DNA of 64,000 bases from Armatimonadota bacterium (GTDB lineage: Bacteria > Armatimonadota > HRBIN16), in the NCBI GenBank assembly GCA_963677485.1, contig OY781964.1, positions 416,001-480,000 on the forward strand, written 5' to 3'. Below the pieces are notes generated by a model. It was not told where the DNA came from. It searched no databases and worked only from the letters and a program-made list of their open reading frames with translations. The translations under genes were made by a program, and so were the position numbers. Shown here piece after piece: positions 20,243 through 30,423 of the stretch (the first letter of the stretch is position 1; each line of letters opens with the position of its first letter).

Positions 20243-21721
20243 ATGCGTATACTCGCGATTCTACTGTTTGTTTTCGCCGCACAGATGGCCGCCATGGGAG
20301 GCGTCACCACCGTCAAGCCCGAAGGACAACCCAACAAGGTACTGTTGAATCCAGACATGGGCTTTGTGCTGTATGAGAACTACCCCGTTGATCAGCGCAA
20401 GGATGGCTCCTCAGTGATGGTCACCGAACCGAACGAGCGGTTTCCCTTGGTCCACCATGTCGCGGTGATGTTCACCTGGGCCGATGTAGAGACGGCTCCG
20501 GGTGTTTACGACTGGAGCAAGGTCGACAAAGCCTACGACTACTGGAGAAGCAAAGCCAAGCACATCCAGCTTCGCATGAGTACCGAGACGCTGCTCTGGT
20601 GGGCACAAATGAACCCGCCCGGCGGACAGGGCATCCCGCCGTGGGTTCTGGCCAAAATCCCTGCTGATCAGCGGCAAGACCGCGTGTGGGCACCGAATGT
20701 CACCTACCCGGTGGTGGACGCCAACAACAAGTTCTACCGCCAGCGGTTGAGTTCGTTCCTGAAGGAAGTCAAACACCATTTTGACAAACAGCGTCCTGTG
20801 ACCACCATCGACCTGCGGGCTTACGGTCTGTGGGGTGAGTGGCACACCGGTTACCAGTACACCAGCCTTGCTAAGCGCAGAGAGGCATTGAAGTGGATCA
20901 TCGATATTTTCTGCCGAACCTTCCCAGATCACCCGCTGTTACTGAGCGCCTCGCATGACCCGGATACGCCCGCGGAGTATCACAACGGCCCTAACAACCG
21001 GTATGACGAGGCCTTCACCAAATACTACGACCAGTATCTGCAGCACTCCTGCTTCGATTATGCCCTCACCAAGAGGGGCCTCAGCTTCCGCCGTGACGGC
21101 TGCGGCGGGGCCGTGACATCCAACGAGCGAAAACTGATCGACACAGCCTTCACGCAGTATCTGCGCGCGCCGATGATCAGCGAGTTTGTGGTGGGATATG
21201 GCGAGGCGAAAGCGGTGGGCCAGCACATGGTGCAGTGGTTCATGGATGATGCGCTCACGCTGCATCCGAACTACATCAGCATGATGGGCTTTGGGGATTT
21301 TTACCGTGAGCAGCGTCCCTTGATGGAGTATGCTCTTACGCGCATGGGCTACCGGTTCGTGCCTTTGCAGATCAGCTACACCAACGAACTGAGTGCTGGG
21401 CAGGACTTCACTATCGAAAGCCTCTGGCAGAACCAAGGCACCGGCCGGGCTTTAGTGAACTATGAACTCGAGCTGAATATCTACAGCCGCAACGGACGCG
21501 CTACGAGGAACATCCCGTTAGGTAAAACCGGCTGTGATAAGTGGATCGCAGGGCGTGAATACCAGTTCAAAAAGAGCTTCCGCTTCCCTTCACTGGCACC
21601 TGGATCGTATAGGGTCGGTCTGCGCATGGTTGACCCCCGCACCGGTGGCCCCATCCAGTTGCCGATGAAGCTGATTTCAAAAAGCGGCACCATCATCCTG
21701 GGTGACATAGAAGTGAAGTAG
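20243..21721 (+). CDS. Secreted DUF4832-type glycoside hydrolase-like TIM-barrel protein
   Basis: Signal peptide; LLNPDMG, FTWADVE..PGVYDWS, YGLWGEWH, C-terminal MGYRF. Confidence 0.7.
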   Translation: MRILAILLFVFAAQMAAMGGVTTVKPEGQPNKVLLNPDMGFVLYENYPVDQRKDGSSVMVTEPNERFPLVHHVAVMFTWADVETAPGVYDWSKVDKAYDYWRSKAKHIQLRMSTETLLWWAQMNPPGGQGIPPWVLAKIPADQRQDRVWAPNVTYPVVDANNKFYRQRLSSFLKEVKHHFDKQRPVTTIDLRAYGLWGEWHTGYQYTSLAKRREALKWIIDIFCRTFPDHPLLLSASHDPDTPAEYHNGPNNRYDEAFTKYYDQYLQHSCFDYALTKRGLSFRRDGCGGAVTSNERKLIDTAFTQYLRAPMISEFVVGYGEAKAVGQHMVQWFMDDALTLHPNYISMMGFGDFYREQRPLMEYALTRMGYRFVPLQISYTNELSAGQDFTIESLWQNQGTGRALVNYELELNIYSRNGRATRNIPLGKTGCDKWIAGREYQFKKSFRFPSLAPGSYRVGLRMVDPRTGGPIQLPMKLISKSGTIILGDIEVK

Positions 21722-21735
21722 GCTTAATGGCATAA

Positions 21736-21792
21736 GGCGGATTGGTCGGATTGGATCGATCAATCATCCGTCCAATCCGTCCGATTACGCCC
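21736..21792. repeat. Imperfect hairpin of CGGATTGG units between convergent genes
   Basis: GGCGGATTGGTCGGATTGGATCGAT...ATCCGTCCAATCCGTCCGATTACGCC. Confidence 0.6.
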
Positions 21793-22701
21793 CTACCCCA
21801 GCTCGCGGTTTGCCATCAGCTCCAGCACCTTCACGCAGGCACTGTAGTCCTCATCGCCCCAGCCCTGTGCCATGGCGGTGATCATCATCTCGCGGGCGAG
21901 TGCTGTGAAGGGGATGGGCAGACTGTTGCTCTTCGCGGTCTGTTCCGCCAGGTCAAGGTCTTTGACCATGTGCCGGATGAAGAAGTTGGGGGTGAAGTCG
22001 CGAGCCAGCAGCTTGCCGCTTTTGTTTTTCCACATCGGGCAGGCCATGGCGGTCTGCTGAAGCATCTCCAGCCAGTATTTAGGATCCACACCCGCCGCGG
22101 AGGCAAACAACAGGCTCTGACCAAGCCCCAGCATCATGTGGGACAGCATCATGTTGAAGGCCAGCTTACATCCGGCTGCCTGCTGCACTGTTTCATGTGG
22201 CCATATCTGCGCACAGAAGCTGCGCCACACCGGCTCCGCTTTGGCGATCGCAGCAGGATTGCCGCCCGGGTAGACCCACAGTGTGCCAGCCGCGATCTGA
22301 GGAACCGAACCGAGCACCGGGGCCTGCAGGTAATACCGTCCCGTGCCTTCATAGGCGCTGGCCATCTCACCCGCCATGTCCGGCGTGATGGTGCTCATTT
22401 CGCTGTGGACAGCCCCTTCGGGCAGATGTGCCAAGATGCCATCAGCTCCCAGCGTAACAGCGCTCACCGCTTCAGGGTTGGTGACCATGCTGATCACCAC
22501 CTCGCTGCCATCGGCTGTTCCGCCCGGGGTATCGCACCACACCGCACCCAGATCAACCAACGGCTGCGCCTTTTGCTTCGTGCGGTTCCAAACCTTCAGG
22601 CCGTGGCCAGCTTCCAGGATCTTCAGTCCCATAGCTCCGCCCATCATGCCCGTACCCACTAATCCTACCTGCATTCGTGTCTCCTTTTCCGATATGCTCA
22701 A
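21793..22701 (-). CDS. Beta-hydroxyacid dehydrogenase (3-hydroxyisobutyrate DH / tartronate semialdehyde reductase family)
   Basis: VGLVGTGMMG, WNRT, EMSTI, APVLG, KLAFN, KDL. Confidence 0.88.
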   Translation of the reverse strand: MSISEKETRMQVGLVGTGMMGGAMGLKILEAGHGLKVWNRTKQKAQPLVDLGAVWCDTPGGTADGSEVVISMVTNPEAVSAVTLGADGILAHLPEGAVHSEMSTITPDMAGEMASAYEGTGRYYLQAPVLGSVPQIAAGTLWVYPGGNPAAIAKAEPVWRSFCAQIWPHETVQQAAGCKLAFNMMLSHMMLGLGQSLLFASAAGVDPKYWLEMLQQTAMACPMWKNKSGKLLARDFTPNFFIRHMVKDLDLAEQTAKSNSLPIPFTALAREMMITAMAQGWGDEDYSACVKVLELMANRELG

Positions 22702-22781
22702 TGCTTTTGATATGCCATACTGCGGTTACATCATACTGCCGGACATCCCATTCCGCAAACGGGCGGAGGTGTCAGCCATGA

Positions 22782-23837
22782 CTATCTGGTCGGTATCGTC
22801 AAGGACCCCGGCGTCGGAGTTCCCACCAATGAAACCTTCGAGAATCGGCTGGCGAAATTATAATATCCCACAAACTCCCAGCCGAAACCCGCCGAGGCAA
22901 GGTAGTAGTCCTGCGGGTCACCGACAGCCGGATTGAGTGCCTTCGCAGATCGTAAGGAAGTGATGAAATCCACCTCAATATGACGTGGCGGAGCTCCAAT
23001 GTCCAAAGGCTTGTCTGTTTTGCTGATGAACAGACCTTGTCCGAACTGATCTACCCCGATGTTTTCCCGGTAAGATGGAGGATAGTCGGTATAGAGATTC
23101 TGAACGAGGAATAGGCAAGCGAAGGGATTGGCCGTTCTGCGAAGTATGACACAAACATAGAGACTGGCGTTTTTCCAGGAACCAAGCCAGCCATCAAGCT
23201 GTTTGGCCCTCGGCACATCAACATCCGCTGTGAACTTCAAGCATGAGAAGCGTCCCATGTCCACCAACTGCTTGAAATTCTGGCCTACTAGGTAGTGCGG
23301 CCAGGTGTCGTAAGCCCATTTCGGGCTGTTATCTGTGGCCACATTTCGGATTTCGTTCTTCGTGTTGCCATATATCACAAGGGTTCCATGCCGGTTGCTG
23401 TCAAACCCATGCATCACCAATGGCTTCCCACTCAGCCTGTTCACGCTCTCAATCCGCAAGCGTGAATGGGTGTTCTCACGCAACTCCGCATTGATCTCCA
23501 TGCGGTAGATCGCCAAGTCTTCGCCATCAGCCAGGTGGATATCCGGTGCAATCTCCATGGGACCTTTGTGGAGGCCTTCGGTCAAGCTCCAATATTTTCC
23601 CTTGTCCACAGGGGCACCGTGATCGGGCCAGGTGTGGATGCGATATCCTTTCGGCGGCGTGACGTAACGAGTGATATCACCCAGGCGCAAGTCGGCTGGG
23701 AGCCCATTTCGATTGGCGTCGCCGGTCCAACTCGCTCCGCTCCATTCGGCCCGCAGACCTTTGGTGAACTCACGGTCCTGAAGCAGTTCGATCGGCTTAG
23801 CCTCTTGCTTGAGCTTGGGATTAGCGTAAAATGGCAC
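22782..23837 (-). CDS. Hypothetical protein, translationally coupled to the upstream UroD-like gene
   Basis: 351-aa ORF; its GTG start shares a base with the TAG of 23837..25039. No family recognised. Confidence 0.6.
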   Translation of the reverse strand: MPFYANPKLKQEAKPIELLQDREFTKGLRAEWSGASWTGDANRNGLPADLRLGDITRYVTPPKGYRIHTWPDHGAPVDKGKYWSLTEGLHKGPMEIAPDIHLADGEDLAIYRMEINAELRENTHSRLRIESVNRLSGKPLVMHGFDSNRHGTLVIYGNTKNEIRNVATDNSPKWAYDTWPHYLVGQNFKQLVDMGRFSCLKFTADVDVPRAKQLDGWLGSWKNASLYVCVILRRTANPFACLFLVQNLYTDYPPSYRENIGVDQFGQGLFISKTDKPLDIGAPPRHIEVDFITSLRSAKALNPAVGDPQDYYLASAGFGWEFVGYYNFASRFSKVSLVGTPTPGSLTIPTR

Positions 23838-25039
23838 TAGTATTTCCCTACTTGTTGGATCGCAGACATGATCAACCGCATACCAGTGAGTCGCGAGCCG
23901 TTGTTGGTGCTGCCTGCAGTGCCAAATACCAGTCCGCGATGTTCTCTGGCCTGCTCATAGTCACGCAGCAACTCAGCGACCATGTTCGTCTCCTCGTTAC
24001 GGCTGAAGGTAAACGGCGCAAGCTGACCCAAAATCACCGCTTTCGGCAGATGCTGGCGAATTTCCGATACTGTCACGGTGGGACCGAAGTTCGCCCAGGT
24101 CATGCCGAGTTTGCCAAGAACCGGCAGATGGTGTGCCATATCGGAGTCAGAATGCTGCCCGCGCATATCGCCTGGGTTGGGCGAATACCGGTCAAACACC
24201 GCCTTCAAGATGGGATAGCCAAAGAACTCATACATGCGAGGGTTCAACAGGCAGCAGTTGTCATCAGCCCAACCCCAGCCGTGCGGAGCGGTCTCAGGAG
24301 TATAACCAGCCTCCTCATCTAACACGCGGGCTCTCTCAAGGATCGCTCGCAGGATCAAATCGCGAAACCTACCGGCTAGCTCCGGGTTATCGAGAATGAG
24401 GTATAGCAACTCCTCCGCGCCATACACAGATGCTGCAAAGGTGATGGGGCCACGCTGACCGCGATACAGAGGAACTTTGGCACCGGCCGCCAGCAGCCGT
24501 TGCTTCTCCTCACTCCAGTTAGCCGGTAACATGAACTCGCGCAGGTTCTCTAGCCTGGCTTCCACCCGATCAAGCAAGGCTTGTAACTCATTCTCGCCGT
24601 GTGCCGACTGCTCCAGCCAGAACGAACGGTCATGCCAGACATTTCTGGCTTCGAATATGTCATAGAGTTCCTTGATGGGCGGCCACTGCAGAGACAGATC
24701 GGGCATGGTTTCCGATAACAGCCGGCGGCCTACGATCTTCTCGGCAAGGTCGTTGTATTGCCTGGATATCTCCACCCGCCAGGCGTGATCGTGCTCCATA
24801 CGGTACCAGTTCTCGGAGGTTTCGGGGATGCCCAGCTCATCAAACACACAGTCGATGGCCATACCGATGCCCAGCGGGACCTGAGGGCAGTCTACCGACC
24901 ATGGGTCGCGCATCGCCTCAGCCTGATCGGCCCAGAACCGGTCGAGGTCGACAGGTGCCAGCCCCCCAGCCGCAGGGGCCTGGTGGACGAAGACTTCGGC
25001 TTGCTTCCGCAGCCGCGGCTCAGGCTGATTTGGTAGCAT
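23837..25039 (-). CDS. Uroporphyrinogen decarboxylase-fold protein (UroD/MtaA-CmuA superfamily)
   Basis: GPITFA, ADDNCCLLNPRMYEFF, HSDS, ILGQLAP, GTAGS. Confidence 0.75.
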   Translation of the reverse strand: MLPNQPEPRLRKQAEVFVHQAPAAGGLAPVDLDRFWADQAEAMRDPWSVDCPQVPLGIGMAIDCVFDELGIPETSENWYRMEHDHAWRVEISRQYNDLAEKIVGRRLLSETMPDLSLQWPPIKELYDIFEARNVWHDRSFWLEQSAHGENELQALLDRVEARLENLREFMLPANWSEEKQRLLAAGAKVPLYRGQRGPITFAASVYGAEELLYLILDNPELAGRFRDLILRAILERARVLDEEAGYTPETAPHGWGWADDNCCLLNPRMYEFFGYPILKAVFDRYSPNPGDMRGQHSDSDMAHHLPVLGKLGMTWANFGPTVTVSEIRQHLPKAVILGQLAPFTFSRNEETNMVAELLRDYEQAREHRGLVFGTAGSTNNGSRLTGMRLIMSAIQQVGKY

Positions 25040-25162
25040 ATGTGATTCCCTCCATGCTCAAGGTGATGCCGTGTTGAGTCATTATTCTGACTATATATAC
25101 CGCATCAAAGTGTAAAATTCCTGCCAAATGAACACCCATATGACTGTCGACAGATCTGGGTG

Positions 25163-27589
25163 CTAGATCGCAGGTTCCGTACTGGTGTCATAAGTGTCGC
25201 GTGATTTCATTTGCGTAACCACTGAGAAGAATACCAACACAGCAATTGACACTAGGCTCATCAGCGATCCTAGCAATAGTCCTGGTGGGAAATAGGTAAA
25301 CTCAATATCGTGCATTCCCGCTGGGACCATAAGACCAACAAATCCTAGATTCAACTTTTCAATAGTTGCAGGTTGTCCATCAAGCCGTGCAGTCCAGCCC
25401 TTGTCCCATGGGACACTGAAAAACAGCATTCCTGGTTTATTCATCTCGATTTTAGCTGTGAAACCACGGCTGTTGGCAGTAAATCCTAAACAGGCATTCC
25501 GTCTCCGCGCTTGGACATCAGCCACGATTGATGAAGTGCTTGTCATCGGGTGGTTTAAATCACTAAAGGGCTTCAAATACTGGCCGAACTTGGTCTTCTG
25601 TTCATTATCAAGCAGCACCGCATGTAGTAATAGCCGGTCGGCATGTGTTCGATGTCTATTGACATCATCAAGCGTGCAATATGTATCATATGCCATGCCC
25701 ATTGGTATGTAGTGGTTGTTTAAGTACAGTATTGAGGATCTGTTCATCTTAACTGGAGTAAATCCCCAAGGCTTGTATGAAATGTGATCTGGGTCATAGT
25801 TGATATAGTACTTTACTGACAGGAGTGCCCGTAGGGCAGGCCTGTCATACGGCATTAAAAATGCTGGATAAGAAGGTTTACCACAGCCCATGATCTCTTG
25901 AAAATCGGCCATGCTGGCACTTCTGACACTGATGAATGTGTTAGGTGTGGGTAGATTCGCAAATATCCCATAGTTCCGGATCTCGTGTGGGTAGTCGATG
26001 CGCCAATGGTATTCATTCGGCACGTTCTTGATGTCAATGTGATCCAAGACACGGTCAACTACATATTTCATATCTGTGGGATGTGCCATCGGACTGACCA
26101 CATTTATGACATCGCTGTTATGGAGTTGAACAAATACCATGGCATTGATCGCAGCCGTAGCCCCAACCACGGCAAGAACAAGCCGTGGTCCCCGGCGTTT
26201 GACCAGTATAAATCCCAATGCGATGTAGTTCAAGGCACACAAAGCCCAGGCAGACACCACATAGATGGGTCCACCCATGCAGATATCTGCCGCCATCTGC
26301 GTCCGATATTTGGTAAACCAATCAAGGCCCGTAGATCGCGATAATGCATCAAGATACCCGGGGTTTAGTGCAACAAGACCAAAAGGTAAAGTAAGCAAGA
26401 TGCATGCCGCTATTGCGATGGCGTATATTTTCCACAACAGTCTGCTCTGTATATGCTCTTGTCGGTTCAATATATCCGCCGTGCCAATTGCCATTATAAA
26501 AGCAAGCATATACCACCATCGGGTATAGAACGGCACAGTAAATGCCGAAAATGATGTGTTTGCCACCGGCACTAAAGTAATGACGAAACATGCAATGATC
26601 AGCCGTTGAAGCCATGTTCTTTGCCTGGCCAAATAAGCCATCACCAAAGTGATTCCGAAAACAGGCAGATATATACCCGTTGAAGTCCAGCTAGCGGTGT
26701 TCGCATAAAACGCGTGCTTCACCAACCCTTCGGGGGGCATCAAGAAAGATCGGATGATCTCTAAATACCGCATGGGTCTGAATAACAGCCAGCCGATTAG
26801 CCGCTTATCCGCCATCTCTGCTCGCGGATTTCCCATAACGCCCATCACACTAGGAACAAGCAAAACGGCAGCCACTCCAACCCCTATGATATAGCTGACA
26901 GCGAGTGTTGTTAGTAGTCGAATACGCCTGCCAACAAAATCGCTGTTAGTAATCACGCGAAACAGTAGGTATATCGCCAGAAATATGGTCTGACCGATGA
27001 AAAAGTAGTAGTTTATCATCGCATTAATGGCTATAGCTACCGCCAAAACGACGGGGCCATTCCTTCGATTACGAACCACCATCTCAATTCCTGCGACCAA
27101 CAAAGGAAACACCGAAATCACATCCATAAAATGAAACTGCAGGTTTATGATAGTGAATCCAGAAAATGTGTATAAGATAGCAGCCAGATACGCGCCACGC
27201 TTCGGCAAGAAGAAGCTGGACGCCCAAAAACAAGCAATCGCAGATACCATGATCTTAACTAAAATGGCGACACTCATCAGGTAAGGTATCCATGGTATTG
27301 GGAAGGGAACCAGCATCCAGAAATATGGGCTGCCAAGGGTGTAGTATGAAAAGGCCGTTATGGCGTTTTCACCCAATCCAACCAGGTGGCTCCACCAAGG
27401 AGCGCCCGTTGATATCAACCGCTTACATTCTATGATGAAGGCAACCTGCTGTTGGATGTAGTCATCACCCCGGATTAGGAACATTCCGTGGTTAAGAACC
27501 ATAGTGGGCAGCATCACCAGCAGAATTATCAGTCCTGCAAATAATGATATTTTAAGATAATCAGCCATACGAATTTTGTCTGCGATCAT
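25163..27589 (-). CDS. YfhO-family GT-C membrane glycosyltransferase
   Basis: Many TM segments, DDYIQQQ, YYTLGSP, C-terminal FFSVPWDKGWTA...HDIEFTYFPPG. Confidence 0.85.
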   Translation of the reverse strand: MIADKIRMADYLKISLFAGLIILLVMLPTMVLNHGMFLIRGDDYIQQQVAFIIECKRLISTGAPWWSHLVGLGENAITAFSYYTLGSPYFWMLVPFPIPWIPYLMSVAILVKIMVSAIACFWASSFFLPKRGAYLAAILYTFSGFTIINLQFHFMDVISVFPLLVAGIEMVVRNRRNGPVVLAVAIAINAMINYYFFIGQTIFLAIYLLFRVITNSDFVGRRIRLLTTLAVSYIIGVGVAAVLLVPSVMGVMGNPRAEMADKRLIGWLLFRPMRYLEIIRSFLMPPEGLVKHAFYANTASWTSTGIYLPVFGITLVMAYLARQRTWLQRLIIACFVITLVPVANTSFSAFTVPFYTRWWYMLAFIMAIGTADILNRQEHIQSRLLWKIYAIAIAACILLTLPFGLVALNPGYLDALSRSTGLDWFTKYRTQMAADICMGGPIYVVSAWALCALNYIALGFILVKRRGPRLVLAVVGATAAINAMVFVQLHNSDVINVVSPMAHPTDMKYVVDRVLDHIDIKNVPNEYHWRIDYPHEIRNYGIFANLPTPNTFISVRSASMADFQEIMGCGKPSYPAFLMPYDRPALRALLSVKYYINYDPDHISYKPWGFTPVKMNRSSILYLNNHYIPMGMAYDTYCTLDDVNRHRTHADRLLLHAVLLDNEQKTKFGQYLKPFSDLNHPMTSTSSIVADVQARRRNACLGFTANSRGFTAKIEMNKPGMLFFSVPWDKGWTARLDGQPATIEKLNLGFVGLMVPAGMHDIEFTYFPPGLLLGSLMSLVSIAVLVFFSVVTQMKSRDTYDTSTEPAI

Positions 27590-27646
27590 ACCAACCTCAC
27601 TACATCATATCCGTACTTAAGTTGAATACATACAACAAGTCGAACG

Positions 27647-29083
27647 TTAGGGATTCACGGTCACCAAGGCGCGGTAGCTGCGGTTGTCGAAATAGGCGTT
27701 CACATAAGCGGTGCCAGGATGGTCGGCAGTAAAGACCCCGTTGGGTGTGATCCGGCCCAATCTGCTGGAGAGCGTCCATATCACATCGCCTGCCACCACT
27801 TCGGGCACATCAAAGCCCATCAGGTTGAACTCCACTTGCTGACCAACAGACAGATCCACCGATCCAGGCCACACGCTAAAATCGGCTAAAGGTTGAAGGG
27901 TGCTAGGTTTAGTATAAAGAAGAAGCCCGTTGGCGACTGCACGTGGTGATGTATCACTTGGCTGGTTTGCCAGCCGTCCCCCATACAGTGCCATCGTGGT
28001 ACTTCCGCCGCCATCAAGGTTCATCGCGTTGACAGCCCCCAGCGACTTCATATAGCTCGCCAATTCGGCCATCGTCATGCCGGTTGCACCATCGCGTCGA
28101 CCGTCCACCGTCACCATCATCAGGCGTCCAAGCGCATCTATACCAACCGCAGTACGAGGGTGCCGTTTCTCAGTGATGTCATCTTTAAAGTTCTCTTGTG
28201 CGGCATCAATGTAGACAGAACCGTCGCGTACCAGCCACGGTCCCCCGCCAACCGCCCATAGGAGCTTGTTCCAGATATCACTATCAACCGCATTGCCAGG
28301 AGAAGCAGGCGAAACGCGGACACTGTCAGCCGGTTTCATAGAAAACTGTATGGTGATTTGTTTGCCTAGGATGGCGTCATCCAGCAGAGATGCACAGCTG
28401 CCTGTGAAGGCTAATAGCCACTCCGAACCACCGATATTGTAAGGCTCCATATTGGAGACACTTTCCACAGTCAGTGTATAACTATCGGGCCGTAGAATTT
28501 GAGGTGTGTTGGTAAACCTCAACACTTTCATTGCGGATTTCCCTGACATCGTTGGCCCATAAGCGGGTGTATACAACACACATTCATTGGGTCCTGCCGG
28601 CCTGTTGATGCCGCCCAGCTTCTGCACGCGGGCATCAGGCATCGTCACGGATCCGCCCCAGCCTGGCTGGCCTATCAGCAGATGGTGGGTGTCCGTAGCG
28701 GCAATCACCGCACGGTTGTTTCCGGGTTCACTGACATAATCGCCGCCTATCACACACAGGTTCAACGGGTCGCCAGTGAAAGGGAAATAGTCTCCATTAA
28801 CGCCCGCCACGGCATTCTTCCGCATTGTCAGCGAGGATATGGTCTCGCGGCCTTTGGTTACATCATCCTGCATCACAAAATCTTTAGCCAGCGCCGCGCT
28901 GATCCGCACGGAAGGGTTGTTCACGTCTGCAGTGATGATTTGGATGACTTGTGGCTTGCCGCTCACTACCCCTTCAAAACGTTGATACTCCACTCCATCA
29001 CCCAGTTGTCGGTAAAGCGGTTGAGCAGAGCCATACGAACAAATGAGGGCGACGGCAAGCAACAGGGGGCAGAGACGCATCAT
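27647..29083 (-). CDS. Secreted phosphodiester glycosidase (NAGPA family)
   Basis: Signal peptide; VNGDYF, RHPRTAVG, VDGR, AMNLDGGGSTTM; C-terminal Ig-like domain. Confidence 0.88.
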   Translation of the reverse strand: MMRLCPLLLAVALICSYGSAQPLYRQLGDGVEYQRFEGVVSGKPQVIQIITADVNNPSVRISAALAKDFVMQDDVTKGRETISSLTMRKNAVAGVNGDYFPFTGDPLNLCVIGGDYVSEPGNNRAVIAATDTHHLLIGQPGWGGSVTMPDARVQKLGGINRPAGPNECVLYTPAYGPTMSGKSAMKVLRFTNTPQILRPDSYTLTVESVSNMEPYNIGGSEWLLAFTGSCASLLDDAILGKQITIQFSMKPADSVRVSPASPGNAVDSDIWNKLLWAVGGGPWLVRDGSVYIDAAQENFKDDITEKRHPRTAVGIDALGRLMMVTVDGRRDGATGMTMAELASYMKSLGAVNAMNLDGGGSTTMALYGGRLANQPSDTSPRAVANGLLLYTKPSTLQPLADFSVWPGSVDLSVGQQVEFNLMGFDVPEVVAGDVIWTLSSRLGRITPNGVFTADHPGTAYVNAYFDNRSYRALVTVNP

Positions 29084-29089
29084 ATGTAT

Positions 29090-30190
29090 TTACCTGAACA
29101 GGTCAGGCTCCATCGCAATGGGCAGCTCCACACAGGAAATGTCAAACTCTTCGATTTGCAGTTCCGGCAGGTCGAGGTCAATGCGGTCCATGGCACTGCT
29201 GGCCACCAGGCTGCGCGGGTTGATATCCAGAGCACGCTGGTACAACTGGCGCGCCTTCCCCATCTTCTTCAGACCCTCAAAACACATCCCCATAAAGCCA
29301 AGTGCAATTTCCGTGTGTTCGTTGAAGTGCCCCTCGCCACAAGCCTCTATTTGGTCAGACCACTCACTCATCTCCACGAAATTACGAGATGGCAATAACC
29401 GTCGGGCAAAAGCACCCGCAGCCTCCCATATCGCTGCGCGCGGACGGTCAAAGGTTGGGTCTGCCTCAAATGCGCTTACGTAGCAGACAACTCCAGCCCG
29501 GGGCTTTCGGAACCGGCGGGTGTAGATTTCGCCCATGAAAGTCCACTGTTCGGCTGTCAGGTTTGGAAAATCAAGTACACGGCGGATGATCAGTGCGGCA
29601 TCGTAATGAAACCGGTGATTACTCAGTGTATCCGATGAAGAGAGCATGAGATCAATATTGCTATATTCGCTTAACCGTCTGGCCAAGGCAAATATTAAGC
29701 GTTTATCAAATCGGCGCACGATAGCAGCGTCAATGTACATCAGCACAAGCCTTTGCATCAACTGATCAATATTGAAACCTTCAGCCGATTCTCGATGTCT
29801 GACAGGGTCGGTTAAGCGAATTACCGTGCTCATCCACTCTTCATAGAGCTCGCCGTTGACATGAGGCGTGAACAGTGTCTGCAATATCTTGTAGGCCGTG
29901 TCGTAGGATGCATTTTCAGGTGCATGACCTCCGGGACGGTCTTCCATGGAGTAGCTAATGCTCATCAGCTCTCCGGCCATTGTCACAAATAGGTACAATC
30001 TGTCCGAAAACCCGTTCGAAATACGCATATCCCATCGCGCGCAGTCCGAATCGATAGGTTCCCTTTCAAAGCCTGCTTCATGCAGTTTGTCCGCCGAGCA
30101 TACCTGCCCTACAAACTGCATTTGCCAGGCCACAGTATACCATTCGTCTATGGGCAACACTCGGATGAGTTGGAATTGGCTATCATGCAT
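29090..30190 (-). CDS. Hypothetical protein with C-terminal TPR repeats
   Basis: TPR-like MGMCFEGLKKMGKARQLYQRALDINP; GAGGAGG upstream. Confidence 0.65.
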   Translation of the reverse strand: MHDSQFQLIRVLPIDEWYTVAWQMQFVGQVCSADKLHEAGFEREPIDSDCARWDMRISNGFSDRLYLFVTMAGELMSISYSMEDRPGGHAPENASYDTAYKILQTLFTPHVNGELYEEWMSTVIRLTDPVRHRESAEGFNIDQLMQRLVLMYIDAAIVRRFDKRLIFALARRLSEYSNIDLMLSSSDTLSNHRFHYDAALIIRRVLDFPNLTAEQWTFMGEIYTRRFRKPRAGVVCYVSAFEADPTFDRPRAAIWEAAGAFARRLLPSRNFVEMSEWSDQIEACGEGHFNEHTEIALGFMGMCFEGLKKMGKARQLYQRALDINPRSLVASSAMDRIDLDLPELQIEEFDISCVELPIAMEPDLFR

Positions 30191-30372
30191 GAATTAAAAC
30201 GAATGCCTCCTCAGGCAGTTGAATTCTCAACAGATTAATTATAACGAGTGTATCTATTAGTTTACCCGGCTGTCCCTATATATGACAGCAACAGAACAGT
30301 ATAGGAACTGTGCACCATGCTGATAGACGACAGATACCTGAACAATGTTCTACTAGCTATGACAACTACGAC

Positions 30373-30400
30373 AAAAAAGGGGATGCCTTAGCATCCCCTT
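30373..30400 (-). terminator. Intrinsic terminator of the rubrerythrin gene
   Basis: AAAAAAGGGGATGC-ctta-GCATCCCCTT; the T-tract is on the minus strand. Confidence 0.8.
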
Positions 30401-30423
30401 CAAATGGAAGATACCAGGGTGTA

